64,000 bases of DNA from Prevotella sp. UBA2850 (GTDB lineage Bacteria > Bacteroidota > Bacteroidia > Bacteroidales > Bacteroidaceae): positions 14,455 through 78,454 of the forward strand of contig DEFO01000012.1 of NCBI GenBank assembly GCA_002350805.1, written 5' to 3'. The notes beneath the pieces are model-generated. The model saw only the letters and a list, made by a program, of their open reading frames with translations. It was not told the origin of the DNA and made no database searches. Below are positions 10,036-19,850 of this stretch, one piece after another; the stretch's first letter is position 1, and every line of letters begins with the position of its first letter. The position numbers and the translations under genes are program-made.

Positions 10036-10874
10036 TTCGTCTGTCTACCATCTTTATACTCACCAAGTATCTTCAAGTCTTTTGTCAGCGGAGTGATGGC
10101 ATCAATCGACTGCCGGTAGCGAGTCAGGTCGTTGTACATCAGGTCGACATAGAAGAGATATTCCCACTCATGCCCGATGATTGGCAGCGACTGAATTTTC
10201 GTGAGGTTCATTTTATAGAACGACAGGATGGCCAGCACATGGCTCAACGAGCCTTCCTCATGAGGCAGTGAGAACACGATGCTCGACTTATTGGCCTCGG
10301 TCAGAGGGCGCATGAAGTCGGCCTTCATCGGGTTGCACACCACCAGGAATCGCGTGAAGTTGTGCTTATTGTCCTCAATATGGTTTTCCAGCACTTTCAG
10401 CCCGTACATCTCTGCGGCCTCTGCACTACAGATAGCAGCCCATCCGCGGCACTGGTAGTCGGCGATGTACTTGGCCGCACCTGCGGTATCGTCGGTCTCC
10501 ACATTCTTTAAATTGGGATGATTGGCCAAAAACTGGCGGCACTGCATCAGGGCAACAGGATGCGAATGCACCTCGCTGATGGTGTCCCAAGAGTCTTCTG
10601 GCAGACAGCAAATGCAATGAGAGATGTGCAGTTTATGTTCACCCACCACGGCAGTGCCCGAGTCGCGCAGCAGTTCGTAGTTGTGCAGCAGGCTACCGGC
10701 AATGGTATTCTCGATGGCTGTCATGCCAATGACTGTCGGGTCGCGCTTGATGTTCTCAAACACCTGCTCAAAAGTGGAACAGCAGATGAGCTGCAGCTGG
10801 TCGCCTTCGAAATACTGCCGGGCCGCAATGTCGTGAAACGACCCCAGGAGTCCTTGTATTGCAATTCTTTTCAT
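10032..10874 (-). CDS. pheA: Prephenate dehydratase with ACT domain
   Basis: IAIQG..GSFH, IENTIAGS, SHPVALMQC, NFTRF, LTKIQSLP; start ATG 10874. Confidence 0.93.
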   Translation of the reverse strand: MKRIAIQGLLGSFHDIAARQYFEGDQLQLICCSTFEQVFENIKRDPTVIGMTAIENTIAGSLLHNYELLRDSGTAVVGEHKLHISHCICCLPEDSWDTISEVHSHPVALMQCRQFLANHPNLKNVETDDTAGAAKYIADYQCRGWAAICSAEAAEMYGLKVLENHIEDNKHNFTRFLVVCNPMKADFMRPLTEANKSSIVFSLPHEEGSLSHVLAILSFYKMNLTKIQSLPIIGHEWEYLFYVDLMYNDLTRYRQSIDAITPLTKDLKILGEYKDGRQTN

Positions 10875-10910
10875 ACCTGTTGTTTTTTCTTCGTTTCTGC
10901 TCCTCACTGA

Positions 10911-10952
10911 AAGAAAAAAGGAAGTCCCGCCTCATCTATTGAAGCGGGACTT
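10911..10952 (-). terminator. Attenuator terminator upstream of pheA
   Basis: mRNA AAGUCCCGCUUCA...UGAGGCGGGACUU-CC-UUUUUUCUU. Confidence 0.9.
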
Positions 10953-10994
10953 GATGTATCTTCTCTCTCAGATAGTTCTTGTCTATAAGTTGAT

Positions 10995-11084
10995 CTACAC
11001 GCAACTTCCCGCTTCACAGCTCACTGCAAAGTAAAAGTAATAGCGATAAAAGGATGCGTTCAGATAACTCATAATTCTGTTCAT
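10995..11084 (-). CDS. Phe/Tyr-rich leader peptide MNRIMSYLNASFYRYYFYFAVSCEAGSCV
   Basis: Hand-translated; FYRYYFYF at 11028-11051; alternative ATG 11072; TACATTTG promoter box at 11102-11109. Confidence 0.88.
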   Translation of the reverse strand: MNRIMSYLNASFYRYYFYFAVSCEAGSCV

Positions 11085-11191
11085 TTTTATAAAACCGGTT
11101 GCAAATGTAAAACTTTTCTCCGAACTACGCAAACATTTTGGAAGAAAAGTTTCATTTTTCCTTTCAAAACACTAATTTTTACTGTTTCGCC

Positions 11192-11773
11192 CTACTTCAC
11201 CAACCGTTCATACACATCATTCGTCAGCGCATTCACACGCACCTCTTCCGGCCAGCGCTCGGTGTTCTTCTGCACTGCATGGCCTATCTGTTTGGTCTTC
11301 TCGAAGCGGTAGCGTACGTTGATATAACCATCATCGCCATCTTTCGCCAGCACATAGCAATACAGACGATACTTGTAAGAGACGATGTCGCCGTTGCGGC
11401 GCACTGGTATGTTCTCCCACTTCTGCTGGGGAATGACACACGAGAGAATCTTTGCTTGTGGATAGCTTGCAGCAAACTGCTTGCGACACAAATCCTGCAG
11501 TTCCTTCGCGTCGCTCTCCTTATAGAGGTTTGTATCGTACACGCGCATGTACCTATTTCCATCAATATACTTCACCCCTACCGTGTCGGAGCTCAACTCG
11601 TCGCTGATGGCCTCCACCGTATTGTTCACGCCTTTTTTCGCCTTTTTCCAGAAGTCGGTGACGGCATTCTGAATATCCTTACCCATTTTCCGTGCCTTCT
11701 CGCTCTGAGCGTTGGCAGGACCGGCCAGCAACAGGCCAGCCATGAGCACTAAAACAAATCTTTTTACTTTCAT
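11192..11773 (-). CDS. Hypothetical exported protein
   Basis: Signal peptide MKVKRFVLVLMAGLLLAGPANA; -7 box at 11861-11868. Confidence 0.75.
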   Translation of the reverse strand: MKVKRFVLVLMAGLLLAGPANAQSEKARKMGKDIQNAVTDFWKKAKKGVNNTVEAISDELSSDTVGVKYIDGNRYMRVYDTNLYKESDAKELQDLCRKQFAASYPQAKILSCVIPQQKWENIPVRRNGDIVSYKYRLYCYVLAKDGDDGYINVRYRFEKTKQIGHAVQKNTERWPEEVRVNALTNDVYERLVK

Positions 11774-11970
11774 AATTATCCTTCTTTAAATTCAACTTCG
11801 CAAGTTCTGGTGGAATGTCAGCTTGCATCCTTCCCCCGAGAGACTTGTCATCGTCCGCTGCAAAGATATCATTAATTGGTGTAAAACAGCGTGAAAGAGT
11901 GGTTAAATAAAGAAAAAAGAGCGTTAAATATTTTGCAATTACGCATCATTCGTTTAATTTTGTCCTCGTA

Positions 11971-12732
11971 ATGAAGCGCAAACTGATTCTCATCATAGCC
12001 GTCATGTTTGCCTCGCTGGCTCAAGCACAAGAGGTTAGACAGCCGCTGAAATCGACCATCGACACGATTCCAGCCACCCAGCTGCGTACCGACATCAAAC
12101 CAGCCGACCTGCGCTCTCAGCCCACTCAGTCGCCACTCCTAGAGCCCCAAGGTGCCATGCCTATGGCGCAAGACTCGCTGTATCTGCCCCTGCTCAACCG
12201 CTTCGGTCAGACACGGTCCATCGGCATCTACCCGCTATGGTGGGGCGGATGGTACGACTGGCAGCTGCACAAAGGCCTGAATGTCAACCTCGGTGCCTCC
12301 GTATTTGCCCAGTTCGGCAAAAATGCCTGGCACAAAGGAGCAGGATTCCAGCAAAACATCTCGCTGATGTATGCCCAGCCCATCACAGACCATCTCTCGT
12401 TGGCTGTAGGCGGATATTTTAACAACATCTCGTGGGCTCACGACTCTTGGCGCGATGCCGGCGTGAATACTGTGCTCGGTTATAGATTTGACGATCACTG
12501 GGAGGCCTATCTCTATGCGCAGAAGTCGCTGGTTAACAAGGCAATGCCCCTCCCACTCTACGACATGAGCGCCATTGGCGACCGTATTGGAGCCGCCGTA
12601 CGTTACAATTTCTCACCATCGTTCAGCATCCAGGTATCTGTTGAGAGCCGAAAAGGCCCTGACTGGATGCATCCCTTCGGCGCTTTCGGCCGCAACGATT
12701 TCAATTCTTTCAACGATTTTGGCATGCCCTAG
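11971..12732 (+). CDS. Hypothetical exported protein, possible small outer-membrane beta-barrel
   Basis: Signal peptide; alternating amphipathic strands (LNVNLGASV, IGAAVRYNF). Confidence 0.7.
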   Translation: MKRKLILIIAVMFASLAQAQEVRQPLKSTIDTIPATQLRTDIKPADLRSQPTQSPLLEPQGAMPMAQDSLYLPLLNRFGQTRSIGIYPLWWGGWYDWQLHKGLNVNLGASVFAQFGKNAWHKGAGFQQNISLMYAQPITDHLSLAVGGYFNNISWAHDSWRDAGVNTVLGYRFDDHWEAYLYAQKSLVNKAMPLPLYDMSAIGDRIGAAVRYNFSPSFSIQVSVESRKGPDWMHPFGAFGRNDFNSFNDFGMP

Positions 12733-12890
12733 AATCGTCGAACACTCTTCCAAAAACGCACCCATGTCTTGCAAAAAATAAGGCGTATTGGTCTTTTTGC
12801 AGGCTGGCAAAAGCCGTATGTTGTTCTATAGGTCAAAAAAAACGCCATCAAGCTAGGCTCAATGGCGTTAAAAAAGCGTAATGACTCATT

Positions 12891-14864
12891 TCAACTCATC
12901 CACTTCAGCCGCAAACTGTTGAGCACCACACTGACGCTCGAGCAGGCCATGAGAGCACTGGCCCACATGGGTGTTATCTGAAAATCGATGCCGAAAAGAC
13001 GCAAGGCACCGGCAGCCAAGGGTATACAAACAATATTGTAGATGAATGCCCAGAAGAGATTCTGGCGAATCATACTCACGGTCTGACGCGACAGATGGAT
13101 GGACTCGGGAATGCGGCGGAGATCGGTACCCATCAACGTGACTTGTGCCACGTCCATGGCCACATCGGTTCCTTGTCCCATGGCAATGCTCACATCAGCG
13201 GCTGCCAGAGCCTGCGAGTCGTTGATGCCATCGCCCACCATCGCCACCCGATGACCTTCGTGCTGCAAACGGCGCACCAGGTCTTCTTTGTCCTGCGGTT
13301 TTACATTGCTCTGGTAGTGACTGATACCCGCCTTCTCCGCCCAATAGCGGGCAGCTTCGTCGTTGTCGCCACTCATCATGTAGACCTCTATCCCACTCTC
13401 TTGCAGTTGCAGCATAGCCTCACGGGCATAGGGTTTCAGTGCCTCACGCTCCTCCAGGGGCAGTTGACTGGCACGGGTGAAGTCGATATCGCGATTAGGG
13501 ATGGTCAGGGTACCGGTTTTGTCGACCACCATAGCATCTACCGACCGCATATTCTCAAGCGCCGCGGCGTCTTTGATGAGGATATTCTTTTCTGCTGCCT
13601 TACCGATGCCCACCATCAGGGCCGTGGGAGTGGCGAGACCCATGGCACACGGACATGCGATGACCAATACGGCAACGGCCGAGAGGATGGCCTGCGGCAA
13701 CATGGCATTGCCACCAACAATCCACCAAACAAGAAACGTCAACAACGACAATCCCAGTACACAAGGCACAAAAATCATGGCGATGCGGTCGACGACCCGC
13801 TGCACAGGAGCCTTTGAGCCTTGTGCCTCTTGCACCATACGGATGATGCGCGCAATGGCTGTTTGCTCGCCGGTCTGCCGGGCCCTGAAGCGCAAGACTC
13901 CCTGCTGGAGCACCGTTCCTGCCAGCACCTTCGAACCACGTTGTTTCAGCACAGGGGTAGGCTCACCCGAAATCATACTCTCGTCGACATAGGCTCCGTC
14001 GGCTGTCATGAAACTGGTAGCCTCCCACACCTCGCCATCAACAGGCAGGCGCTCGCCGGCTCTTACCTCCAGCAAGTCGCCATAGGAAATGGTTGAGATG
14101 GGTACATCGTCGAGACGTTTCCCACTGTCACCATGGGCACCGTCCGTGTCGTTGGTAACCAGTCGGGCTGTCTTCGGCTGCATGCCCATGAGTGTGCGGA
14201 TGCTGTCGGCAGTGGCATTCTTGGCGCGCTCCTCGAGCACACGGCCTGTCAGCACGAAGGTGATAATCATCACCGATGCATCGAAATAGGTATGCCAGGC
14301 GATGCCGCGGGAGCCCCATACTGCATCACCAAAGAACGTATTGAATGCGCTGAAGAGAAAAGCAATAAGGGTGGACATGGCCACCAGTGTGTCCATAGAG
14401 GCGGTGCGATTACGCAGCTGGCGCCACGCACTGATGTAGAACTGGCGCCCGCAATACAGCATGTTGGCCAACGACAGCAGCAGAGCCACCTGATTGGCAA
14501 AACTACGGGCAGTCACACTGTCGGCGCCAGGGGTGAGCTGGAGCCATCCCATGGAGATGGCCATCACCAGGAGGGCTAGCACCCACGACACCAACATCTT
14601 GCGCCGCAACAGACGGAATGCCTGTCGTTCAATCTCAACAGCACTTCGGTCTTCCTCTATCACCAGATCGAAACCGATACCGTTGACGGCCTCTTTCATC
14701 TGCTCGAGCGTAATCTGCTCGGGATCGTATTCTACCAATGCTGACCGCCCAGCCAGCGACACAGCCGCCGACGAGATGCCAGGCAAGGAATTGAGTTTCT
14801 TCTCCACATGGGCCGAGCAGGCAGAACATGCCATGCCCACCACGGGGATTGTCTTCTTAAGCAT
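12891..14864 (-). CDS. copA: Cu(I)-type P1B-1 ATPase lacking most of the N domain
   Basis: GMACSAC metal-binding domain, SGEP, CPC, DKTGT, GDGIND, YN and MxxSS motifs. Confidence 0.85.
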   Translation of the reverse strand: MLKKTIPVVGMACSACSAHVEKKLNSLPGISSAAVSLAGRSALVEYDPEQITLEQMKEAVNGIGFDLVIEEDRSAVEIERQAFRLLRRKMLVSWVLALLVMAISMGWLQLTPGADSVTARSFANQVALLLSLANMLYCGRQFYISAWRQLRNRTASMDTLVAMSTLIAFLFSAFNTFFGDAVWGSRGIAWHTYFDASVMIITFVLTGRVLEERAKNATADSIRTLMGMQPKTARLVTNDTDGAHGDSGKRLDDVPISTISYGDLLEVRAGERLPVDGEVWEATSFMTADGAYVDESMISGEPTPVLKQRGSKVLAGTVLQQGVLRFRARQTGEQTAIARIIRMVQEAQGSKAPVQRVVDRIAMIFVPCVLGLSLLTFLVWWIVGGNAMLPQAILSAVAVLVIACPCAMGLATPTALMVGIGKAAEKNILIKDAAALENMRSVDAMVVDKTGTLTIPNRDIDFTRASQLPLEEREALKPYAREAMLQLQESGIEVYMMSGDNDEAARYWAEKAGISHYQSNVKPQDKEDLVRRLQHEGHRVAMVGDGINDSQALAAADVSIAMGQGTDVAMDVAQVTLMGTDLRRIPESIHLSRQTVSMIRQNLFWAFIYNIVCIPLAAGALRLFGIDFQITPMWASALMACSSVSVVLNSLRLKWMS

Positions 14865-14885
14865 AAGGTAAATACCGTTTAAGCG

Positions 14886-15797
14886 CTATGCGTCAAGTGT
14901 ACCGATAATCTCCTGCACGGAATGACAGCCATGGCTGTCGAGCCAGTCGTTGATGCCATCGCGCACCTTGATAGTCACTGCAGGATCGATGAAATTGGCT
15001 GTTCCTATCTCAATGGCCGTAGCACCTGCCATGAGAAACTCGATGGCATCGGTGGCCGTACAAATACCGCCTAAACCCACCACCGGAATCTTGACGGCTT
15101 TGGCTACCTGCCACACCATGCGCAAGGCCACAGGCTTCACGGCAGGTCCGCTCAGCCCGCCAGTATTGATGCTGAGCAAGGGCTTGCGACGCTCTATGTC
15201 GATGGCCATGCCCATCAGTGTATTGATGAGCGAGACACTGTCGGCACCCTCAGCCTCGACGGCACGGGCAATCTCACTCACACTGGTCACATTGGGCGAC
15301 AACTTCACAATCAAGGTCTTATGATAACGGGCACGAACAGCACGCACCACACTGGCTGCACCCTCGCAGGTGACGCCAAAGGCCATGCCGCCCTGCTTCA
15401 CATTCGGGCACGAGATGTTCAGTTCGATAGCAGGAATACCTTCTAAGGCATCAATACGGGCCGCACACTCCGCATAGTCGTCGGGAGAAGAGCCGCTGAC
15501 ATTGACAATCATATTGGTATTAATATCCTTGATTTGCGGATAAATATGCTCGCAGAAATAATCAATGCCCTTGTTCTGAAGTCCCACACAGTTGAGCATT
15601 CCAGAAGGCGTCTCGGCCATACGCGGATAGTCGTTGCCCTGACGGGGATGAAGGGTTGTTCCTTTGACGATGATACCACCAATCTCCTCGAGCGGCACAA
15701 AATCGGCAAACTCCAGTCCATAGCCGAATGTGCCCGAAGCTGTCATCACCGGGTTCTTGAGTGATAAATCATTTATCTTTACATTTAGACTTGCCAT
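14886..15797 (-). CDS. pyrD: Dihydroorotate dehydrogenase class 1B catalytic subunit
   Basis: [27 protein letters not shown]. Confidence 0.95.
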   Translation of the reverse strand: MASLNVKINDLSLKNPVMTASGTFGYGLEFADFVPLEEIGGIIVKGTTLHPRQGNDYPRMAETPSGMLNCVGLQNKGIDYFCEHIYPQIKDINTNMIVNVSGSSPDDYAECAARIDALEGIPAIELNISCPNVKQGGMAFGVTCEGAASVVRAVRARYHKTLIVKLSPNVTSVSEIARAVEAEGADSVSLINTLMGMAIDIERRKPLLSINTGGLSGPAVKPVALRMVWQVAKAVKIPVVGLGGICTATDAIEFLMAGATAIEIGTANFIDPAVTIKVRDGINDWLDSHGCHSVQEIIGTLDA

Positions 15798-16561
15798 AAT
15801 AACTTCTTAATATTTAACACTGGACCTTCTGTACATACACACACATTGCCCTCTGTTGTCTTCTCCACGCAACACAGGCAGGCTCCCAGGCCACAGGCCA
15901 TCTTATTCTCAAGCGACACCTCGCAATCGATGTCGGCCTGTTGGGCATATCGGGCCACAGCCATCATCATGGGTTTAGGACCACAGGTGGAAATCTGGTC
16001 AAAATGCTCATTCTGCAACAGAGAATGATTGGTGACAAACCCCTTCTCACCAGCGGTGGCATCCTCGGTGGTCACGTACACGCGCCCGTACTTTTTAAAC
16101 TCATCAAGCAACAGCAGGTCGTGGGCCGACCGTGCACCCAGCAAGAACGTGGGTTCTGCACCCATCTCACGAATCTTTTTGCCAAAATAGAGGAGTGGCG
16201 CCACACCTACACCGCCGCCCACCAAAAGAATCTTCTGGTCAGCACGGGTTGGTAAGGTGAAAGAATTGCCCAGCGGGAGCACACAGTTGACGGTGTCGCC
16301 AACATGTAAACGGGCCAGACGGCGGGTGCCATCACCAACAGCTGCTACCAACAGCCATAACTCATTGGCAGACTCATCAACAAAATTAATGGAAATAGGC
16401 CGGCGGAGGAACGTCGACGGGGAGTCGTCCACTCTTACTTCCACAAATTGTCCTGGCAACATAGGAGGGAGTGGAGCCTCCTGGGTTAACTTGATCAGGA
16501 CGTATTTCTCGTGGATGGCCTCAATGGCTGAGACGGTAAGGTCAAGAATATACTTCTTCAT
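15785..16561 (-). CDS. pyrK: Dihydroorotate dehydrogenase electron transfer subunit
   Basis: [28 protein letters not shown]; start ATG 16561. Confidence 0.93.
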   Translation of the reverse strand: MKKYILDLTVSAIEAIHEKYVLIKLTQEAPLPPMLPGQFVEVRVDDSPSTFLRRPISINFVDESANELWLLVAAVGDGTRRLARLHVGDTVNCVLPLGNSFTLPTRADQKILLVGGGVGVAPLLYFGKKIREMGAEPTFLLGARSAHDLLLLDEFKKYGRVYVTTEDATAGEKGFVTNHSLLQNEHFDQISTCGPKPMMMAVARYAQQADIDCEVSLENKMACGLGACLCCVEKTTEGNVCVCTEGPVLNIKKLLWQV

Positions 16562-16756
16562 TGATTCGGGTTTATGGATTCGTATCTTGATTGCCGCCAC
16601 CCAAATGCCCAAATCAACACCGGGCATCAGGCAGAAACAAATGACGATGCAAAGATACGAAATAAACACGAATAATCTTCATTCTGCCATCCGCATTTTT
16701 TCATCTTATAGGAACAGGGCACCCCGAACGAAGATGCAGAGAAACAAAAAAGGCCA

Positions 16757-16910
16757 TCCATTAGGAACAAAACTCATACCGATGGGAGCAAAAACTCAAT
16801 GCAATGGGAAGAAAACTCAATGTAATGGAATCAAAGGACCCACTCACATGGGAGCAGAAAAATCATTCCCATGGGAACATAAGAATCATTCCCATGGGAG
16901 CAAAGAATCC
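16757..16910. repeat. Degenerate ~22-bp tandem array (about 7 units)
   Basis: Recurrent ATGGGA(G/A)CA.AAA.TCATTCCC-like units. Confidence 0.75.
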
Positions 16911-16930
16911 ATATCGAAGGAGTGAAAGAC

Positions 16931-17392
16931 TTATTTCTTAGGGACGAAAGTCTCCCAAGTCTGGTCGTCATAGAAAATGCGAATCTCTGTGATCTGGCGT
17001 CTAGGTTTGTCAAGATATTTCGCATCGAAATTTGGGTAAATATTGGGTGTATTTGTTACACGCTGCTGATTCTGCACAGGTTGACTGGCCTGAAGTGGGG
17101 GATTAGAAGAGGATGAAAAGTCGAGGGCAGGCTCAACAGTCTCGCTTTGAATGGATTGGTCGATAGGATCCGGCTGGTCATTAAACATCCGGCCGACACC
17201 GAAGAGCAACCAGTCCGTATTGACCGACGGCATCTTGTCCTTAATGTCATAGACGATCTTCAGGGTGGGTTGGGTCTTACCATTGAAGATATTACTCAAT
17301 GTCGATTGAGACATTCCAGTCAGCTGACCGAACACCTGTCTGTTCATGTGTTGGGTATTCATCAGCAACTCAATTCTATCTTTAAACTCCAT
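16931..17392 (-). CDS. XRE-family HTH protein
   Basis: MSQSTLSNIFNGKTQPT, VNTDWLLFGVG; C-terminal IRIFYDDQTWETF. Confidence 0.85.
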   Translation of the reverse strand: MEFKDRIELLMNTQHMNRQVFGQLTGMSQSTLSNIFNGKTQPTLKIVYDIKDKMPSVNTDWLLFGVGRMFNDQPDPIDQSIQSETVEPALDFSSSSNPPLQASQPVQNQQRVTNTPNIYPNFDAKYLDKPRRQITEIRIFYDDQTWETFVPKK

Positions 17393-17429
17393 GCTAACTA
17401 CGTTTTGAGGGGTAAGAGACCCCATTTGC

Positions 17430-18160
17430 TAAGATTTTACAAAGATAAAACAAAAAATGGCAACATGCAAATGTTGAACGAAAAATTTTATGTTTTAAAT
17501 ATTAATATATATAAATATAAAAATATAAAAGAGCAGAACGCTTTTCAATGGCTGCAATTTTATTTTCATAAAACGAAAAATATGGTCAAAATACGTGACA
17601 AAGTATTTTTAGAGCGCTGCAAACACAACTAATTGGTTGTAATTGCGTTATTTAACAAAAAACTATCATGCCTGACCGATTTATGCAAGAATTTCAATCC
17701 CATCTTCTCAATATTTAATAGATTTACTTGCACTTTTCATCATAAAACACTGAGTTTTAGCGGTTTAATCAGATATTCAAAAGTTGTATATATATAAAGT
17801 GCAAACCTTTGAAACCTTGTTTTATTGTTTTGAAATATAAATTTCATATCAATAAAATATCACAAAATATCGCCTATTAGCTTTTAATTATTGAAAAAAT
17901 CATCGAAAGTTTATTATCATAAAACCAAAAATTGATAACCGTAAATATTAATAAGTGTGAACGATAAAAAGTCTATGACTCAAAACTTCGAAAAAAACGC
18001 ATTTTTCGAATCGTCACAACCGAGGGTTCAGGCGTCTGGAAATACGCGAATTTTGAGCCGTCAGAAATCGCGGAAACCGCTTTATTGACGGGGTTTACGG
18101 TCAAAAACAGGGTTTTAAGAAACCCGAATTCTAGAAAAAAAATAAGATGGAAAAAGGCGT
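17430..18160. other. ~730-bp very AT-rich non-coding segment
   Basis: Long A/T runs, no credible ORF, sharp contrast with GC-richer flanks. Confidence 0.8.
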
Positions 18161-18164
18161 TTTT

Positions 18165-19190
18165 TTAATGCAAAATGAAAAAAATAAGCTCTTTCATCAG
18201 CTCTCCGGCACCAGTATTTGGGTTATCCAGGCCCTTACTTTTGGCATCAATCTCTCTCATCTTCGAAATAATCTGCATCACTTTCACGCCAGAATAGTTT
18301 CTCATTCCGGCCGTATAATCCTTCACGCCCCAGTTTGATTTCAAATCTAAGAATTTTGCGAGCTCATTTTCGTTGCCTCTATTTGGGCAATAATAGGCGA
18401 TCATCAGATTTTGGAAATAATTGAAGAGCAACGGGAGAAGCGCGTAGATGGAACCCGACTTTGGATTCTTGTCAAAATATTTGATTATCTGATTTGCCTT
18501 AAAAACATTCCGTGTGATGATGGCATTTCTGAGTTCAAAGGCATTGAAGTCCTTGCTCACCCCTATCTGCTCCTCCACCACTTCGGGTGTCACCCGTTTG
18601 TCGTTTTCGGGCAGAGACAGCAGCACCTTATCCATCTCACTCGTCAGTCGGCTCAGGTCTGCGCCGATATGGTCGGCCATCATCTGTGCCGCCTTGTTGT
18701 CGATGGTTGCTCCTCTCATCTTCAGATAACCGTCGATGAACGCAGGCAGTTCGTAGTCGCGTTTCTTTTTGCTCTCGAACACCACGCCCACGGCCTCAGC
18801 CTTCGAAACCAGTTTTTTGCGCCGGTCGATGGTGCCGTTCTTGTGGCAAATCACCAGGATGGTAGATTTCACCGGTTTCTCGACATATTTCTCCAGCGCA
18901 TCCCAGTTGCGAATGTTCTGGGCCTCCTTGACGATGATCACCTGGAATTCGGCCATCATCGGATACCGGCGGGCCATGTCAGCCAGTTGTGCAGCATTCG
19001 TATCAGCACCGTAGACTACCGTTTGGTTGAAATCCTGCTCTTCCGGTTTGAGCGCATGCTCGGCAATATAGCCCGAAATCTGGTCTATATAGTATGCCTC
19101 CTCACCCATTAAAATATAAACAGGTGCAAATTGGCGTGCTTTCAAGTCGCGCATGACGCTGTCGTAAGAGACGGTTTTCTTTTCTGCCAT
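18165..19190 (-). CDS. holA: DNA polymerase III delta subunit
   Basis: PVYILMGEEAYYID, ARRYPMM, SKDFNAFEL, EIDAKSKG. Confidence 0.92.
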   Translation of the reverse strand: MAEKKTVSYDSVMRDLKARQFAPVYILMGEEAYYIDQISGYIAEHALKPEEQDFNQTVVYGADTNAAQLADMARRYPMMAEFQVIIVKEAQNIRNWDALEKYVEKPVKSTILVICHKNGTIDRRKKLVSKAEAVGVVFESKKKRDYELPAFIDGYLKMRGATIDNKAAQMMADHIGADLSRLTSEMDKVLLSLPENDKRVTPEVVEEQIGVSKDFNAFELRNAIITRNVFKANQIIKYFDKNPKSGSIYALLPLLFNYFQNLMIAYYCPNRGNENELAKFLDLKSNWGVKDYTAGMRNYSGVKVMQIISKMREIDAKSKGLDNPNTGAGELMKELIFFILH

Positions 19191-19309
19191 GGTCTGTATC
19201 TCACTTTCTCCACAGAGACAAGCAATGCCGACAGGAAAAAAGTGATGCGTTCATTTTGTTCTCCGGCCAAATTGCATTATCTTTGCATTGAGATTGCAAA
19301 GATACAAAA

Positions 19310-19759
19310 ATGAATCGATTAAACCTACCATCTTTCGAAATAAAACTTTCGGGAACGCCTGAAAAGCCGAAAATATTCGACATCCTGCGCCGAAAGTACG
19401 TCACATTGACGCCCGAGGAGTGGGTCAGGCAGCACTTTGTCCACTACCTCATCGAGCACAAGGGCTACCCCATGGCCCTGCTGGCCAACGAGGTGGAGTT
19501 GAAAGCTGGCGACAAGCGACTGCGCTGCGACAGTATATTATATAATAAGGTGGTGCAACCCCGCATGATCATAGAGTATAAAGCCCCTACCGTTGTCCTC
19601 ACCCAGCGAGTCTTCGACCAAATCAGCGCCTACAACCTCCTGCTGCATGTCGACTATCTGGTGGTAAGCAATGGCATGCAGCACTACTGTTGCAAGATGG
19701 ACTACGACCATCAAAAATATTTATTTCTTGAGGATATTCCAGATTATCAAAATATTTAA
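19310..19759 (+). CDS. Stand-alone HsdR N-terminal-like (HSDR_N_2) protein
   Basis: LTPEEWVRQ, RCD, IEYKAP, SNG. Confidence 0.85.
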   Translation: MNRLNLPSFEIKLSGTPEKPKIFDILRRKYVTLTPEEWVRQHFVHYLIEHKGYPMALLANEVELKAGDKRLRCDSILYNKVVQPRMIIEYKAPTVVLTQRVFDQISAYNLLLHVDYLVVSNGMQHYCCKMDYDHQKYLFLEDIPDYQNI

Positions 19760-19826
19760 CATTTCCAACGTGGCATACCCTTTACGTCTTTCACATTTCC
19801 AACTTGGCATACCATTTGCATATTCA
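19759..19826. repeat. Two 34-bp tandem units
   Basis: ACATTTCCAAC(G/T)TGGCATACC at 19759 and 19793. Confidence 0.8.
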
Positions 19827-19850
19827 GTTGATAAAGAACTTTTTTAGATT

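Noticed and set aside
17650-17677. dif site
   Set aside because: One arm resembles XerD (TTTTGTTAAAT on minus), but the XerC arm does not align at a 6-bp spacer.
19310-19759. Type I restriction-modification system
   Set aside because: Only a 149-aa HsdR_N-like domain; no helicase, hsdM or hsdS; housekeeping context next to holA.
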